A stretch of 64,000 nucleotides of DNA from NCBI GenBank assembly GCA_032718475.1, contig JAUCBJ010007475.1, forward strand, positions 1 to 64,000, given 5' to 3'. Under the pieces are notes generated by a model, which had not been told where the DNA came from, did no database searches, and saw only the letters and a list, made by a program, of their open reading frames with translations. This DNA is from Nemertoderma westbladi (taxonomy: Eukaryota > Animalia > Xenacoelomorpha). The position numbers were made by a program, and so were the translations under genes. This document shows positions 11,001 through 23,833 of the stretch, one piece after another; positions within the stretch are counted from its first letter, which is position 1, and each line of letters starts with the position of its first letter.

Positions 11001-13923
11001 AAACCCGGAAGTCGCGGAATACATACCGGCGGGTAGGCCAGAAGCTGATAGGCCTATACCGGTACCAGCACAGCAGTATGACTACAGCATGCAGGGACAT
11101 AACATATACCCAGGGGAGGGGGGAATTATTGCGGATAGGTGTATGGGCCCCAACATATTAACATCAACCCCAGTACCAAACATACCGGTGGGGGGGGGAC
11201 AGGGTGACATTCCCCCATCACAATATCAACAATATACCCCGATAGGAGCAAGAACAACGAGACCCTTGGATGAGAATAGGTCGTGTGACACAGACATATG
11301 GAGGGGGCCGCTACCCCCGATGACATACCCAAGTCAGAGAAAGTCAAGAAATAGGACAGACGGAACGCACCAGACAGGAGAAACTATGCAGCACCCATCG
11401 AATCCATTGGAAGCGCAGGCGATGGGGATGGCCACGTTGATCGATGCGTTGAAAACGAGGATCGAGTTACCACCCGTGGAACCATTCAAATTCGATGGGA
11501 GCAGGCCGGAAGAATATCTACAGTTTCGGCGCATGTATAGTAACGAAATACTAACAAAAAACTTGACGCAGGCGGAGTGCCTAAAGTATCTACAAGTGTA
11601 CACGGGAGGCCCAGCATACGACATCGTGAGGCAATATCAAGGAATAGAGGGCGGCTTCACGACAGCATGGCGGGCACTGGATAGGGAATACGGGCACCCG
11701 GCCAAGATCATCAGGCAGACGCTGAGAGGCATAACATCGGGTGGCCTACAGGATAATCCCGTTAGCATTAAGACGTTCGCTAACAAAGTCGAAAAGGCGC
11801 TAATCGTGCTGAAGACGCTAGACGCGCCGTACGAGCTCAATGCGTCCAACAACATCACCACGATAGCGCAGGCACTACCAAACTGGCTGCGCAACAAGTG
11901 GAGGAAAATCGCCTTCTCCACTCGAGATAAGAAGGGTGCGGAACCGGGTTTAGAAGAAATGTCAAACTTCTTAAACTACGAGGCTGAACTAATAACTGAC
12001 CCAGTCTATAGCGAAGACAGCCTGGGAAAGGGACCGAAGACAGACTACCATAGACCGAAACCAGAGCACAACACATCGAACGCATTACCGAGACTCAGGC
12101 AATCATTGCCATATGCAGCGACGCAGGGGACTGCAAGTCCACAGCTAGCCGAGGATAAGACAACATCATGGAACGGACAGGGAAACAATAACAACACGAA
12201 TAAACATAACCCCAGTACGTCCAATAGGCAAAACCCAAACAATAAGAATAGTAGGGACTTTGGTACGAACGCAACTGCGATACGCAATGCACTGTATAAA
12301 GAGGGCTACGACCCAAAGAGCAAATGTCAGCTACACGCAAATGCGCTTCATCAAACTATGAACTGCAGGTACTGGCAGGCGCTACCTAGGCAAGATCAGA
12401 TAGATTATGCGTTCAGCAATAAAATCTGCTCGCGATGTGTAATGAGTGGACATAGAGCAAGGGAGTGCAAGGAGAAGCCAATGAAATTTGGTCAAAGGAG
12501 AGGCCAAACGATGGCGACGAGCACAGTAGGGGCGAAGAAGAGAGGAACGGTGCTACTTGGAGTAGTACCAGTACGAGTGATCGGGGAAGGCAATCGATCA
12601 GTAACAACACTAATGCTGGTTGATAGTGGAGCTGCCTTCACATTAGTCGAGGAATGGGTGGCCGAGGAGATAGGATTGAGAACGAGGCCAAGCAGGATGG
12701 CGGTAACAACCATCTCTAGCAAAGATGAGATCCTGGAGATGAGAACAGGACGGTGCGCAATTGCAGCAGTGGCACCAGGATGCGACTATGGGGCAACCAT
12801 CGACCCCATTCAAGTGATAGAGTCAATTAATATCAATGCCAGGCGGCCAACCAACATCGAGGTCGAGCAGTATAAATTCCTGGACGACATTGACTTCTCA
12901 ATCCCAGACGTGGACGTTAGGAAGGTATCCATCATAGTAGGTATGGACTGCCCAACGGCCCACGAAAGAATGCAAACGGTCTTCGGCGAAGACAAGCAGA
13001 GTGACCCGGTGGCCATATTAACACCATTCGGGTGGACACTGACAGGCCCAATTAAGAGTAATATACCATTCCATGTGTCCGAGAGTTCAGGATGCATGGT
13101 GCCAGGAACTGACGAGATAGAGGAGAGGCCAGAGATGGGCAATAGTGGTAGACAGCTAGAAGTAGAAGCAACACCAAGAGAGTGGGCGGAGGAGAATGGT
13201 ATGGATGCAGAAGATCTAGAGACGATGGGTTGGAATAAGGGTCCCAGCAAGTATCGGTATGGAGATGGAGAGGAGCGGACGGTGGAGTGTCGGGAGGACA
13301 AACCGGAGAAGTGTCCGGTGGAGTGTCCAGAGGAGCGCCCGGAAGAGACGCCGGTCCGGTTGAGAGGCATACCGACAAGGGGGAAGCCGAGTAAGAATAC
13401 AAGATGGAAAGGGAGAAGATGTGAGACGATCAGACCAGGGGCAGAGAAGCCCATGAATAAACATATGGTGGACAAAGGAGCCGGGAGAGTAGGAGGCGTG
13501 CTGCGTACGCACGCGGAACTGACAGAGTGCGAGGGGGCATTACATGGGCAGACATCGTGTATACCGAAGGACGAACGGGGGTCGTTGAAGCCTTTAATGC
13601 CAGCACACATATTAAGGGGGAGGCCAGCAGAGGTGGCATCTAAGATTAAGGAGAAGAACAGGGGCGGCATTATACCGCCGGGTGACACGTTGAAGGGTGG
13701 CACTTTGCCGCCAAGGGACGACCACGAGATCAGAAACATAAATAACAGACAGCATTTGCAAAAACAGGAGAAAAGACCACCTATCGAATTGACAAGGAGA
13801 GCGGAGCGAAGAATTAGAGAACCTATAGGGGGGCAGTGGGAGAGTTGCCTGCTGGAGGAATCACCCCTTGGGTCGCTGAGTTGTCCAACAGGTTGGACTG
13901 GGATGGAAGAGTTAGATCCGTAA
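8056..13923 (+). pseudogene. Gag-protease polyprotein of element A with integrase C-terminal vestiges; apparent compensating frameshifts near 9280 and at the G-run near 9540-9560
   Basis: PVEPFKFDG (DUF1759-type Gag), CQLH..H...NC and CSRC...GH....C knuckles, LVDSGA protease, TPFGWTLTG, degenerate LKPLMPAHILRGRP and CLLE; ORFs 8056 and 9586 share a frame. Confidence 0.85.
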
Positions 13924-14089
13924 AAGGTGCGGGCAGAGGTGTTACCTGTCTGCTAGAAGGGGCGCCTTAACTTGGAGTTAGAGTAGAGTTTAGTCGTCCA
14001 AGTTTTGGACTGAGGGGGGTGGGATTGAGGGCGAGACGCCCTTCCCACAAACAAGATAATAAAATAAAATAAAAAAAATAGTACATGGT

Positions 14090-14760
14090 AGGTACGCAGT
14101 TAGTAGGCAGAGAGTTAGTAAGAAGGTACGTAGTACCCAGTTAGTTAGTTAGTTAGGAGGTACGTAGTACCGCCAGTTAGAGAGTTAGTTAGAGGGTACG
14201 TAAGTACCGTTAGTTAGTTAGTTAGGAGGTACGTAGTACCGCCAGTTAGAGAGTTAGTTAGAGGGTACGTAAGTACCGTTAGTCAGAGAGTTAGAGGGTA
14301 CGTAGTACCGCCAGTTAGAGAGTTAGTTAGAGGGTACGTAAGTACCGTTAGTCAGTTAGTTAGAGGGTACGTAGTACCGCTAGTCAGAGAGTTAGAGGGT
14401 ACGTAGTACCGATAGTTAGTTAGAGAGTAAGAGGGTACATAGTACCGATAGTTAGTTAGAGGGTACGTAGTACCGATAGTTAGTTAGAGAGTTAGAGGGT
14501 ACGTAGTACCGATAGTTAGTTAGAGAGTTAGAGGGTACGTAAGTACCGCTAGTTAGTTAGAGAGTTAGAGGGTACGTAGTACCGATAGTTAGTTAGAGAG
14601 TTAGAGGGTACGTAAGTACCGCTAGTTAGTTAGAGAGTTAGAGGGTACGTAAGTACCGCTAGTTAGTTAGAGAGTTAGAGGGTACGTAAGTACCGTTAGT
14701 TAGAAGAGTTAGAGTTAGAGGGTACGTAGTACCGTTAGTTAGAAAAGAGAGAGTAAGAGG
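14090..14760 (+). repeat. Tandem array of ~18 units (30-37 bp), each with a GGTAC-GTA(A)-GTACC hairpin
   Basis: gagggtacgtagtaccg(a/c/t)tagttagttagagagtta repeated. Confidence 0.95.
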
Positions 14761-15229
14761 TAAAAGGGGATATAGATATAGGTATTAGTTAGCAGTTAGT
14801 AGAGAGAGGGGGGCATATGAGTACGGCTGGATAAATCGTGTGGCCACACGACGCATACTGCTGTACTGCATAGACCCACAGAGTAGGCCAGAATGTGGAT
14901 TAGAGAATAGAATAATCCATAGGTAGTAGTAAGTAGTAGGACAGTAGAATCAAAGTAAATAGATAAATAAATAGAATAGGGCTGAAAGTTGTAAAATAGT
15001 GGCAACACAAGGGAAGTTATTCTAGAACATAATAAAAGTAACGGACAGAAATTGTAAATTACGCTCATTTACTAGCTTCAAAATTAATTAACAATAATTT
15101 AGGTTAAAAGGCGCAGTTAAGTAGGAAATAGGCCATTATCGAACCGTACAGAACATCTTAGATACATCACTCATCTGTATTGCGCCTTGGTAAGGCACCA
15201 CCTTGCAGGTGAGCGAGTGAACGTTCGGA

Positions 15230-17752
15230 ATGGCGAGTAAGTTGATCAGAAAGAGAAAGGCGGAGTCAGGAGGAAAGGAGATACTGGTGGATTTCACCGA
15301 GAGACATCCGGAAGAGAAGACGAGAGGATACTACGAGAGGTTGGAAAGGGGTCACGCGGCACGAGCGCTGCAGGATCACTTCCGGGAGGCGCACGAACAG
15401 CGGCTGGTCGGGACCTATGGGACGCCGTCGCTGGACAACGCGATCTTCCAACACTTCCACTACGTGGTGAAAGGGGACGAGGCGAAGTTCGGGATTCCCA
15501 AATACCCGAGGGAATCACCGAGGAAGGACTGGAAGAGATTCATAGAGTCCGTCAACAGAGGAGGATATATGATCCTAGATGACGAGGGAACCGTGGAAGA
15601 TGAGGCGGGTTCGAGACGAGGAACGGCGGGGTCGGCCAGGACCATACTCCTACATTTGGCCGCGCCAAATGGGGACATCTTCTTATTCGACCTAGGGACG
15701 TATGGGAAGAAGGACGGGCCGAAACTAAACCGGTTACCAAAAGCGGTACAAGTCTTAGTAAGAGAGAAGTCGACGACGAAAGTGGGATCGGCGATTCGCG
15801 AGGATGCGGAGAGAATCATCGGTCCGGACGCCACCAACCTCCTGGATATGCAGAAAGTCTTTATGGCTATGACGGCACCGGATGGGTTGGGGGTAGTCGA
15901 AAACACAGGCCAATGTGGGGCGGTGGCGATGGGCCAATTATTGGGGCTCGTATGCCACAAACCAATGGATTGGGGGAAGTTTAGGGAAGAATACGGAGCA
16001 GAACTAGCGAACTCGCTAAAGTGGGGAGCGAGACCGGGAAAGCAGGAGGTATATCAGTTCCGCAGGGGAGCGATAAAGGTATATCAGAAGCGATATATCC
16101 TGCAGGAGGACTGGATGATGATAAGTTTGCTCAACTTATTCATGACCATAGTTATCGAGAGGGAACCAGGGGCATTTCTGTTATCGGGATCACCCCTAAG
16201 CTACAGGAGAGCCTTTAAGACGGCCTTTGACGGTCTGGTAGACCACCCGGGGCTGAAGGGCGAGTCGGTGTACTACAACAGCCGACATCTGGTAGACAGG
16301 GAGACAGATACACAATATCAGAGATGGGAGCAGCTAGAGGCGGATAGACGAGAAGCAAAGCGACTGGAAGAAGTCGCTAGACGGGAGAGGATAGAAGCAG
16401 AGGAGAGGGAAGAGGAGGCCAGGACACAGAGTTACGGCTTCGAGGAACAGGCGGGCCTAGACGAACTTCATTGGACTTCGTCAGGGAGTTCGGGGGAGTC
16501 TCTAGGGCGAGAATTGGGATGGACGGTGGGATCGCCGAAACAGTCGACGTCGGGGTTGCAAACGATGCCCATACCAGCGGGCGCCGAGGGCGACCAACCG
16601 CCAAGGAAGTTACGGGAGCTAGAGGGATGGAGAGCTACGGGTGAGAGCCAAGGCGGGAAGGGACATAGTGGATCCATCGGGATACCGGGGTTGGAGACAC
16701 TACCAGAAGAAGAGGACGACGACGACGAGTTCGGAGAGATGCCGCCCATCGAGAGGATAGGCCACTCGGACACGGACTGGGTTGGCGGAAGGGTGGTGAC
16801 GGCCAGTGGGGCGAGGGCCTTCTGGAACAGATCCGGCAAGCGGACCTGGGTGCACGAGGAGCCGGCGATGGATTTTGCGGGGAGCACCATCAGGTTGGGC
16901 GAGCAACCGGGAACGGCACCACGGATAGTATTCGGGGAGACGATGCCCGAGAGGGGCAGAGAGATCGACGTAGACAGGGAGACCAACGTAGAGAAGTTCG
17001 CCTACCAGCGACTCCACAGACCGCGGAGATCGCTTGGGACGAAAGACGAGGTGGGACGGGAGACATTGGTACTCGGCTGCGACTACTGTGGGAGACAGAC
17101 CCATCGGGAAAGCAGCTGCCTATACCGGTTCCAAAAGGGAACCTTTTGTCTCTACTGCAGAGAACAAAGCCACAGGATGGGGGCGTAGTGCCACTTTCGG
17201 GGACACTACGGACGCGAGTGCGACTGGATGAACGACGAGGAGAAGTTCACAAGATTCGAGGAGTGGGCCGACGTCGGGGCCATGACGCGCCAGCGCATGA
17301 AGGCCCAGGAGTTCAAGTGGGGTTTCTTCCTTATCAATCAGGAGACTCACATGGAAATCATAAAGCGGAGGCTACCGTTTACCTACCAAGAGGTGGCAAC
17401 GGCGGCGTCGTACGCTGGAGTGATGAACACGCAAAGGTATCTGGACAGGTGGACGCCAGAGAACCGAAGGGAGTTTAGGGATTTCTTGGCGGAGCACGTA
17501 CCAAGGGCAATGAAAATGATCCTATGGGACGCCACTAGAGGGAGACAGCCGGGCCATTCTGAGGGGCCACCGGCGAAGCGATATCGGGCACTAATAACAC
17601 CAGCGCCCAAGGAGCCAACGACCGGGATCAGCAAGGAAATGGCGGCGAAGGTTCGAAAGCAGAAAGCGGATGATGCCAGAGGAACGGTGATAACCAAGAA
17701 ACGACCCAGGGAAGAGGACGCCAGGGGGAACTACCCCCAGAGGAACAGATAG
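15230..17752 (+). pseudogene. Accessory ORF of element A: DEDDy-like 3'-5' exonuclease + zinc knuckles; one in-frame TAG at 17186-17188
   Basis: ILDDEG, LPKAVQVLV....KVGSAIRED, LLDMQ, YILQED; CDYCG..H....C, CLYC...H, CHFRGH...C; collinear with 47007-49607. Confidence 0.75.
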
Positions 17753-18461
17753 GTTCCCAGAGTCGAGGGAGAGAGACTGGGACTTGGACGTGGTACGCCT
17801 GGAAGGCGCCGCGTGGGATGTACGAACTATTAAGTACAAATTCAATTAATGCAAAATAATCATATAAGTGCAATTTGTATGTACGTACGTAGTAATTAGT
17901 AATCTAGAAATATATACGTTCGGAGTAAGTACTATAGTCATACAACCTTTCTCAATTAGCTACTGGGACTGGGGGATAACTGACTACGGCACTATGGACG
18001 AGACACCAGACAATTTCACACTTCTTGAGTGCGACGGCACGAGAGGGGGGGGAGATTCGTCAGAAGGGAAGAGACAGTCGAAGTGAGGTTGAGGGACGGA
18101 ATAATAGTGCGGAGTGCGGAGAGAGTGCGGACGCAATTCTAGTGTGGGGGGGGGGAGAATAAGAGGCTGAGTGAGGGACGAGGAGGTCCGAGTGTGAGAG
18201 AGTTAGGGTGGGAGTGAAGAGGAGATAGGGCGGAAGTGTTGGGGAAACAAAAGTTGCGTGAGAGGTGAGCGCGATCGGCCCGACATGAGACGCCAGGCAC
18301 ACAGGGTAGCGTTATCATACCCATAAGGGGCGGCCTGGAAAGCCGACTCCGAGAGAAAAGAATTCCACCCCACACCCGATACTAGATCGGGATCCAGCGG
18401 GATTGTAGCGCACTTTAGGGTTGATGCTATCTTCTTACCGGGAAGATAGCATGGGGGGGAG

Positions 18462-19004
18462 TGTTAGCTTATTCAATCCCGCTAACACCCCATAAAGTTA
18501 TAAGCCGATAAGCAATATTGGGAGCCACGAGATTGGGTAATTAACCAACTCGTGCCATCCCAATAAGAATGGGAAGGAAGCACACAATAGAGGGTCAGGG
18601 GCCAAACCCCTAACCCAGAGAGAACAGGTGGAGTGAACGGGAAAACTCCAAAGGGCGCCAACAAGGGTATCAACCAATCAGAGGGGGGAAAGGCATCGAT
18701 TAGGTAGAGTAACAAGGCCAACCGTGCAATATAGCCACTTGGCAGTAATCATACCAATTCAGTTATCTCAGTGCATACCGGTGCTAGTTTAGGTTATTAC
18801 ATAGTTTAGCTAGGGAAGGACCGGGACTTTAGTTACCGTATCCCGCTTTCCATATACAACAATATATCCCATATCTATATCTGTATCTATATCCACTTAT
18901 CATATTATATACGACAAACATCAGAACTCATTCACTCTTTATACACGGCGGGGACGCGTGAACTAAAACCGGATAAACCGGGATCCCTCTTGGATCCCGT
19001 CACA
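18462..19004 (+). repeat. 3' LTR of element A
   Basis: Preceded by PPT gggggggag and followed by TSD tttac. Confidence 0.95.
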
Positions 19005-21994
19005 TTTACCATGCATATAAACGCTTCAACGAAATTATTTAGCTAATTATTCCAAAAGAATCACGATTACAATACGCATCTAATCATTTTGCGAGATAAA
19101 CAATGAGCAAGCTGTCTTATTAGTCTGGCTCTCTTTACACTGCTGCCTGTCCTATAGATGTAATTATTCATTTCTCGAGCAGCGGGAGGTGGGAGTTGGT
19201 TCCCATCCAGCTAAGCAATAGAAGCAGGCCATGGAATGAGGGAGGTGGAAGTATAGTATGGAAAAACGGGGCATTCTAATAACTTAACATTTAGATCAAT
19301 TAAAAATACACCCGTACATTACTTAAAGCAATACTTAACTCCCAAAAGAACCCAAAAAACCCAATAGAACCCAAAAGAACCTAAATTTGTTTTCAACATT
19401 ATATTTTACCTCCAAATCTGCTGCAGATGTCCTCTTGCGCAGATTTTCTGCCACTTGTGCTTGAATTTATTCTTCGAATTAACTAACCTGACTCTTAACC
19501 CGACCTAATAGAATACTGACATTCTACTGTAAGTTACTTGTTAAGTCACGCAGAAAAACTCAAACACACATGCAGGCAGACTATTAACGTATCGGCTTTA
19601 CAAACTTGCAGCGTTGCAGGGCCTCTTCTACGTAAACAGTAGGATTATTCATAAGCCTAGGGGCTGCGGCCTGGAGGTGGCATCTAAATCTGAAATTAAC
19701 CGATGAGTGTATAGTATGCGGAAAATATGATTCCATAAAAAAGGAACTCCGACATTTTTCCATCTAGCTGGAGACTGTTGAAAATAAACTTTTTCTCTTA
19801 TTGATGCCTGCAAATTTTCAATTCGACAGATTTAAATCCGACAAAGTTGGATCCCCGGCCACCCCACTATCAGTGTCAGTTCGCAGAGGATCTGCAATAC
19901 TGCAATACGACAAGAGTGAAAACAAATAACTCAAATTAAACAGTAGGCTACGCCACCTTGTGGTACATAATGTGCACTGGTTTGAAGGCCCTTGACAATG
20001 TAAAGGAGACGTTAAACACAGCACGTTTCTCATTGTGTCCATGTTTCCATTTTCAAATATTCCTGTTAGACGGTTCAACACAACTGCAGTACAGCAATTA
20101 CTGGTGCCAGACTATCTAAATATTGGGTGTAAACGCTACGCCGACAATAAATTTTTATTTTTAAATTTCTTCTAGAGCATATTTTTATCAAGATTCCAAA
20201 TTTGAGAATCGTTTAGCATGATCTGTCTTAATTCTCGAGATATGGCTGTCTATCTGTTTGACTGTCGGTCTGTCCGTCACCGTCAGTATGTATCCAAAAC
20301 AATAGAAAGATACTACTGTATCTATCATAAAAATTTCCTGCATCGGTTTTCTTGGTCGGTGACTTCATTTCTGATGTCAGTATTCAAATTTGGCCTCGTC
20401 GTTTCTGTTTGTATGCTTGTCCTGCCCGTCAAAATAAAACCGACAGCCTGTTTCTACTGTAAGTTATTGATGACTAAATAATAAAATAGGCCTATTAAAT
20501 ATAATGCAAAAATAAACAGATACAGTACGCCAGGGATCGAACACGTCTAATGTCTATGTTGATAAGTAATAGCGAAGTATCCATTCCACTAATCGGAAAG
20601 AATGAAAAAATAGGCACAATGAGGAACGAACTGCGTTTAACGCCTCCTACAATGTAAATGACACAGTTTTGTATGTATTTCGTTGGCGGCAAATTCAAAT
20701 CGAAGCGCCAACTGCCAGCTCTGAGAATCTGATAGAGAACTCTGATTACCCTGCTGCCTGGCCAGGGGCTGAGTTGTAGTTGGACGTGTACCGGTATGTC
20801 GTGTAGACGTACAGACGTACCGTCGGTAGATAAGGCTACTGGCAGACACTGATTACCGTACATCTGTACTGCCATTGACTGCTGTACACGACTGTACAGT
20901 ATCAGAGTACAGCCAACACTTCACAGCTGCACAGTACTGCAGTAGTATCGGTACTACTCTGCTACTGCAGTACTGTCAGACTGCAGACTGTAGTAAGTAA
21001 GGAAAGGGAACACAAGCCAGCTAGTCAACTGGCAGACTGGTCAACTAGTTGCCACACTATTGCCAGACTACACTAAGGCTGTAAGGTACCGGTCTGCCGG
21101 TACCGTACCTACCGGCTACTGCCTGTACTGCCCTTCGTCTGTTCGTCGCCTACCAGGCTGCCAGGCTACCGGCTGACCTATACTCCCTGACTCCAGGACT
21201 CCCAGACTCCTGTCTGCCTGTACCTATCTGCCTGTTGACCTGTGTACTGTACAGTTTCAGTTTCTGGTACAATAATAAAACCTACTCTTATCTTACTGTC
21301 TTAGGGATGTATGGTCACTAGCTAACTAGGGCTGTAGACGTCCGACAGTAGACAGGTAGAGGGTGGCTGGGTGGTCCAAAAAATGTTCACAGGGTACGGG
21401 TACCTATTGCCTGACTGCATGATTTTTTTGGTTATAGAGCTGTAGAGTAACTACTGACTGTTTAACCATGTGACTAATGACTCTGACCATATCTGCATAT
21501 GGTTTCCCTCAATTGGTAAAGTGATCATTTATTGTTCTGGTTAGAAAAGCCTGCCTCTGTAACCTTCTCCTTTTCCTCAATTGGTATATTTATATAGGCC
21601 TATACCAGTACAGTACATCAGCAAATCAACGGGTTTTGGAACTTCAAAATATTGCCAAGTGGGTGTACTGAAACCGATTTTACCCAAAAATTGCTACACA
21701 CTGACACAACCAGTTATTAATACTGTTATTCTGTCCTGCTGTGCGACTATTTGTTTCTCATCTGATATTGATATCATTAGAGTGACTGTAGTTAGTTGTT
21801 GTAGGAGATACTGAGATACATGCTACAGTCTTGCTACCACCTGTACTTCTAAAATGTCCGACTAATAACATGTACATGACAGTGACAATGACTTGAAATT
21901 AGCAGACTCTAATGTCTTATATTGCAGTATTGTATATTTATTCTGTTCTAGTTTTATTTTTGTTTTATTTTTGAATTTATTTTTGTGTCTACTA

Positions 21995-23306
21995 TCTGAC
22001 AGTCTGACTGTTGATGGTGACACAGAACCATTTGAAGTATTATGGGGAGTCCTCCAAGGAGATACACTTGCGCTATTCTTGTTCATAATCATAATTGTGG
22101 TTGACTATGTCAGTATGTTCTACGCATGTCCTTAGATCATCATAATTATGATGGGGTAATGGTAACTCCACCTACTGGCTCTAGAAGTCGAGTAATTCCT
22201 GCCAAGTACCTAACTGATCTAGACTTTGCTGATGACTTAGGAGTACTCCTGTACTCTCAGAATCACTAGAGGAAGCCCAACGGCTCCTCACCTAATTAGA
22301 ACAGGCTGCTTCTAGTGTTGGTCTTTTTATTAACTCCAAAAAGACCAACATTTTGGCAGTTAATTTTGAAAGTGCTCAGCCAGTCAGCAAGTCTCTGACC
22401 GGATGAACATAAGCTCAAAGGATGGTATGCTCGGAGACGGGGGGGGGGGGGGGGTGGGTGGGGGGAAACTTGATGCAAAACCCGCCTTGGCGAATTAATA
22501 TCCCGCATCAATGTTAAATTCACAATTTAGGGAAAGGAGCAGGTTACAGTGGCACGATATTTTAACCAAAACAATAAACTAAACACAATAAAACAGGTAA
22601 CTGTTATATTTTTGAGAGTAATCATCTGTTATTTGCGTCCAATTTCCCCTGGAGAGGGGTGAATTTTTATTGTGTCCAGTATGCTCGAGCATGTGGATGA
22701 CTTCTGTTACCGGGGGTCATGGATCCGGAAGTCAAATGAGGACCTTCGAAATTCGAATACGTAAGGGAAAGGCATGGTCAGCCTTGAATGGGCTTTCTAG
22801 GATTTGGAAATCATATAGAATTAAGGTCCGATTATTTAGAGCAGCAGTAGTTCCCGTACTCCTCTATGGGAGTCCATGCTGGGCTCTAACTGCTGAGGAC
22901 GCCAAATCTCTGGATGGCACATTCACAAGAATGCTACGCCGGGTTCATTGTGTCGGGCAATGCACACATCTCCAACCAGACACTATATAACATTGGAGAT
23001 AGATGTCTCATTGGTTCCCCCAAGCTTGACACTATAACAAAGTTGCCTCCGCTTTGCAGGACATTGCTTTCGCCGTGAGGACCAGCCAGTGCCTAATCAT
23101 GTGCTTTGGCAGCCTCATGGAGTGAATAATAAGCATGGTGGACAACCCATGACTTTCTTGAGACGCATGTTAAAGGACACCAGCATTGAAGATGCGGATG
23201 ATCTAGCAAATGTCATGGGTGATAGGGAGTTGTGGTGGCGCAATTTTGTCGACAAGCCACCTGCAGCTGCAATGCAGCATGCCGATCCTAGTAGTAGTAG
23301 TAGTAG
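21995..23306 (+). mobile_element. Degenerate 5'-truncated RTE-clade LINE with (TAG)n tail
   Basis: GVLQGDTLA.FLF, DLDFADD, RKGKAWSA..LSRIWKS, VLLYGS..W.LT, LDGTFTRMLR; tail tagtagtagtagtag near 23289-23306. Confidence 0.85.
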
Positions 23307-23444
23307 ATCTGATATTGATATCATCAGAGTGACTGTAGTTAGTTGTTGTAGGAGATTCATGCTACAGTCTTGCTACCACCTGTACTTCTAAAATGTCCTG
23401 TTAATAATATGTACTTTGACGATATATTGTATATTATTCTATTA

Positions 23445-23655
23445 TCATTAGAACCACCTATTGCAAGCGCTTTCTTATTGGTTGAATATTCAATATTTTA
23501 ATCGTCCAATCAGAGAGTCAGAAACTTCTCGAGATTAGGATGTTGTAACACAGGAGGCAGAACATCATAATTTCAAGCGTTTCTGATTGGATGACTGAAA
23601 TATTAAATTATTCTACCAATAAGAAGGCGCTTGAATTAGGAGGTTCCAATGACAC
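23445..23655. mobile_element. Small degenerate MITE-like inverted repeat
   Basis: gaaccaccta..caagcgctttcttattgg..tccaatcaga versus tctgattgga..ccaataagaaggcgcttg..taggaggttc. Confidence 0.6.
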
Positions 23656-23833
23656 TAATAAAATGCATTTGTTTTGTTTTGTTTTATGCATTGTCAGATT
23701 GTTATTGTTTTTACATACATACATAATAACAATGACCGAACGTAATCAGGATCGAATGTAAATAGTTATTACGTATCGAACGTAACTGCAATTATGTTAT
23801 ATTGGATCCTATAACTATGTTACATTCGATCTA

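Larger units (their letters stand above)
7464..19004 (+). mobile_element. BEL/Pao LTR retrotransposon A, non-autonomous (no RT/RNase H/IN core), with an extra 3' ORF
   Basis: TG...CA LTRs; 5-bp TSD TTTAC (7459-7463 and 19005-19009); G-rich PPT before the 3' LTR; BEL-type Gag and protease. Confidence 0.95.

Noticed and set aside
8006-18375. Numerous short antisense and overlapping ORFs in element A (likewise in B and its LTRs)
   Set aside because: Shadows of GC-rich coding strands or repeats; no recognisable motifs
20218-21814. Short ORFs conserved between the duplicate copies
   Set aside because: Conservation is explained by recent duplication; no coding motifs
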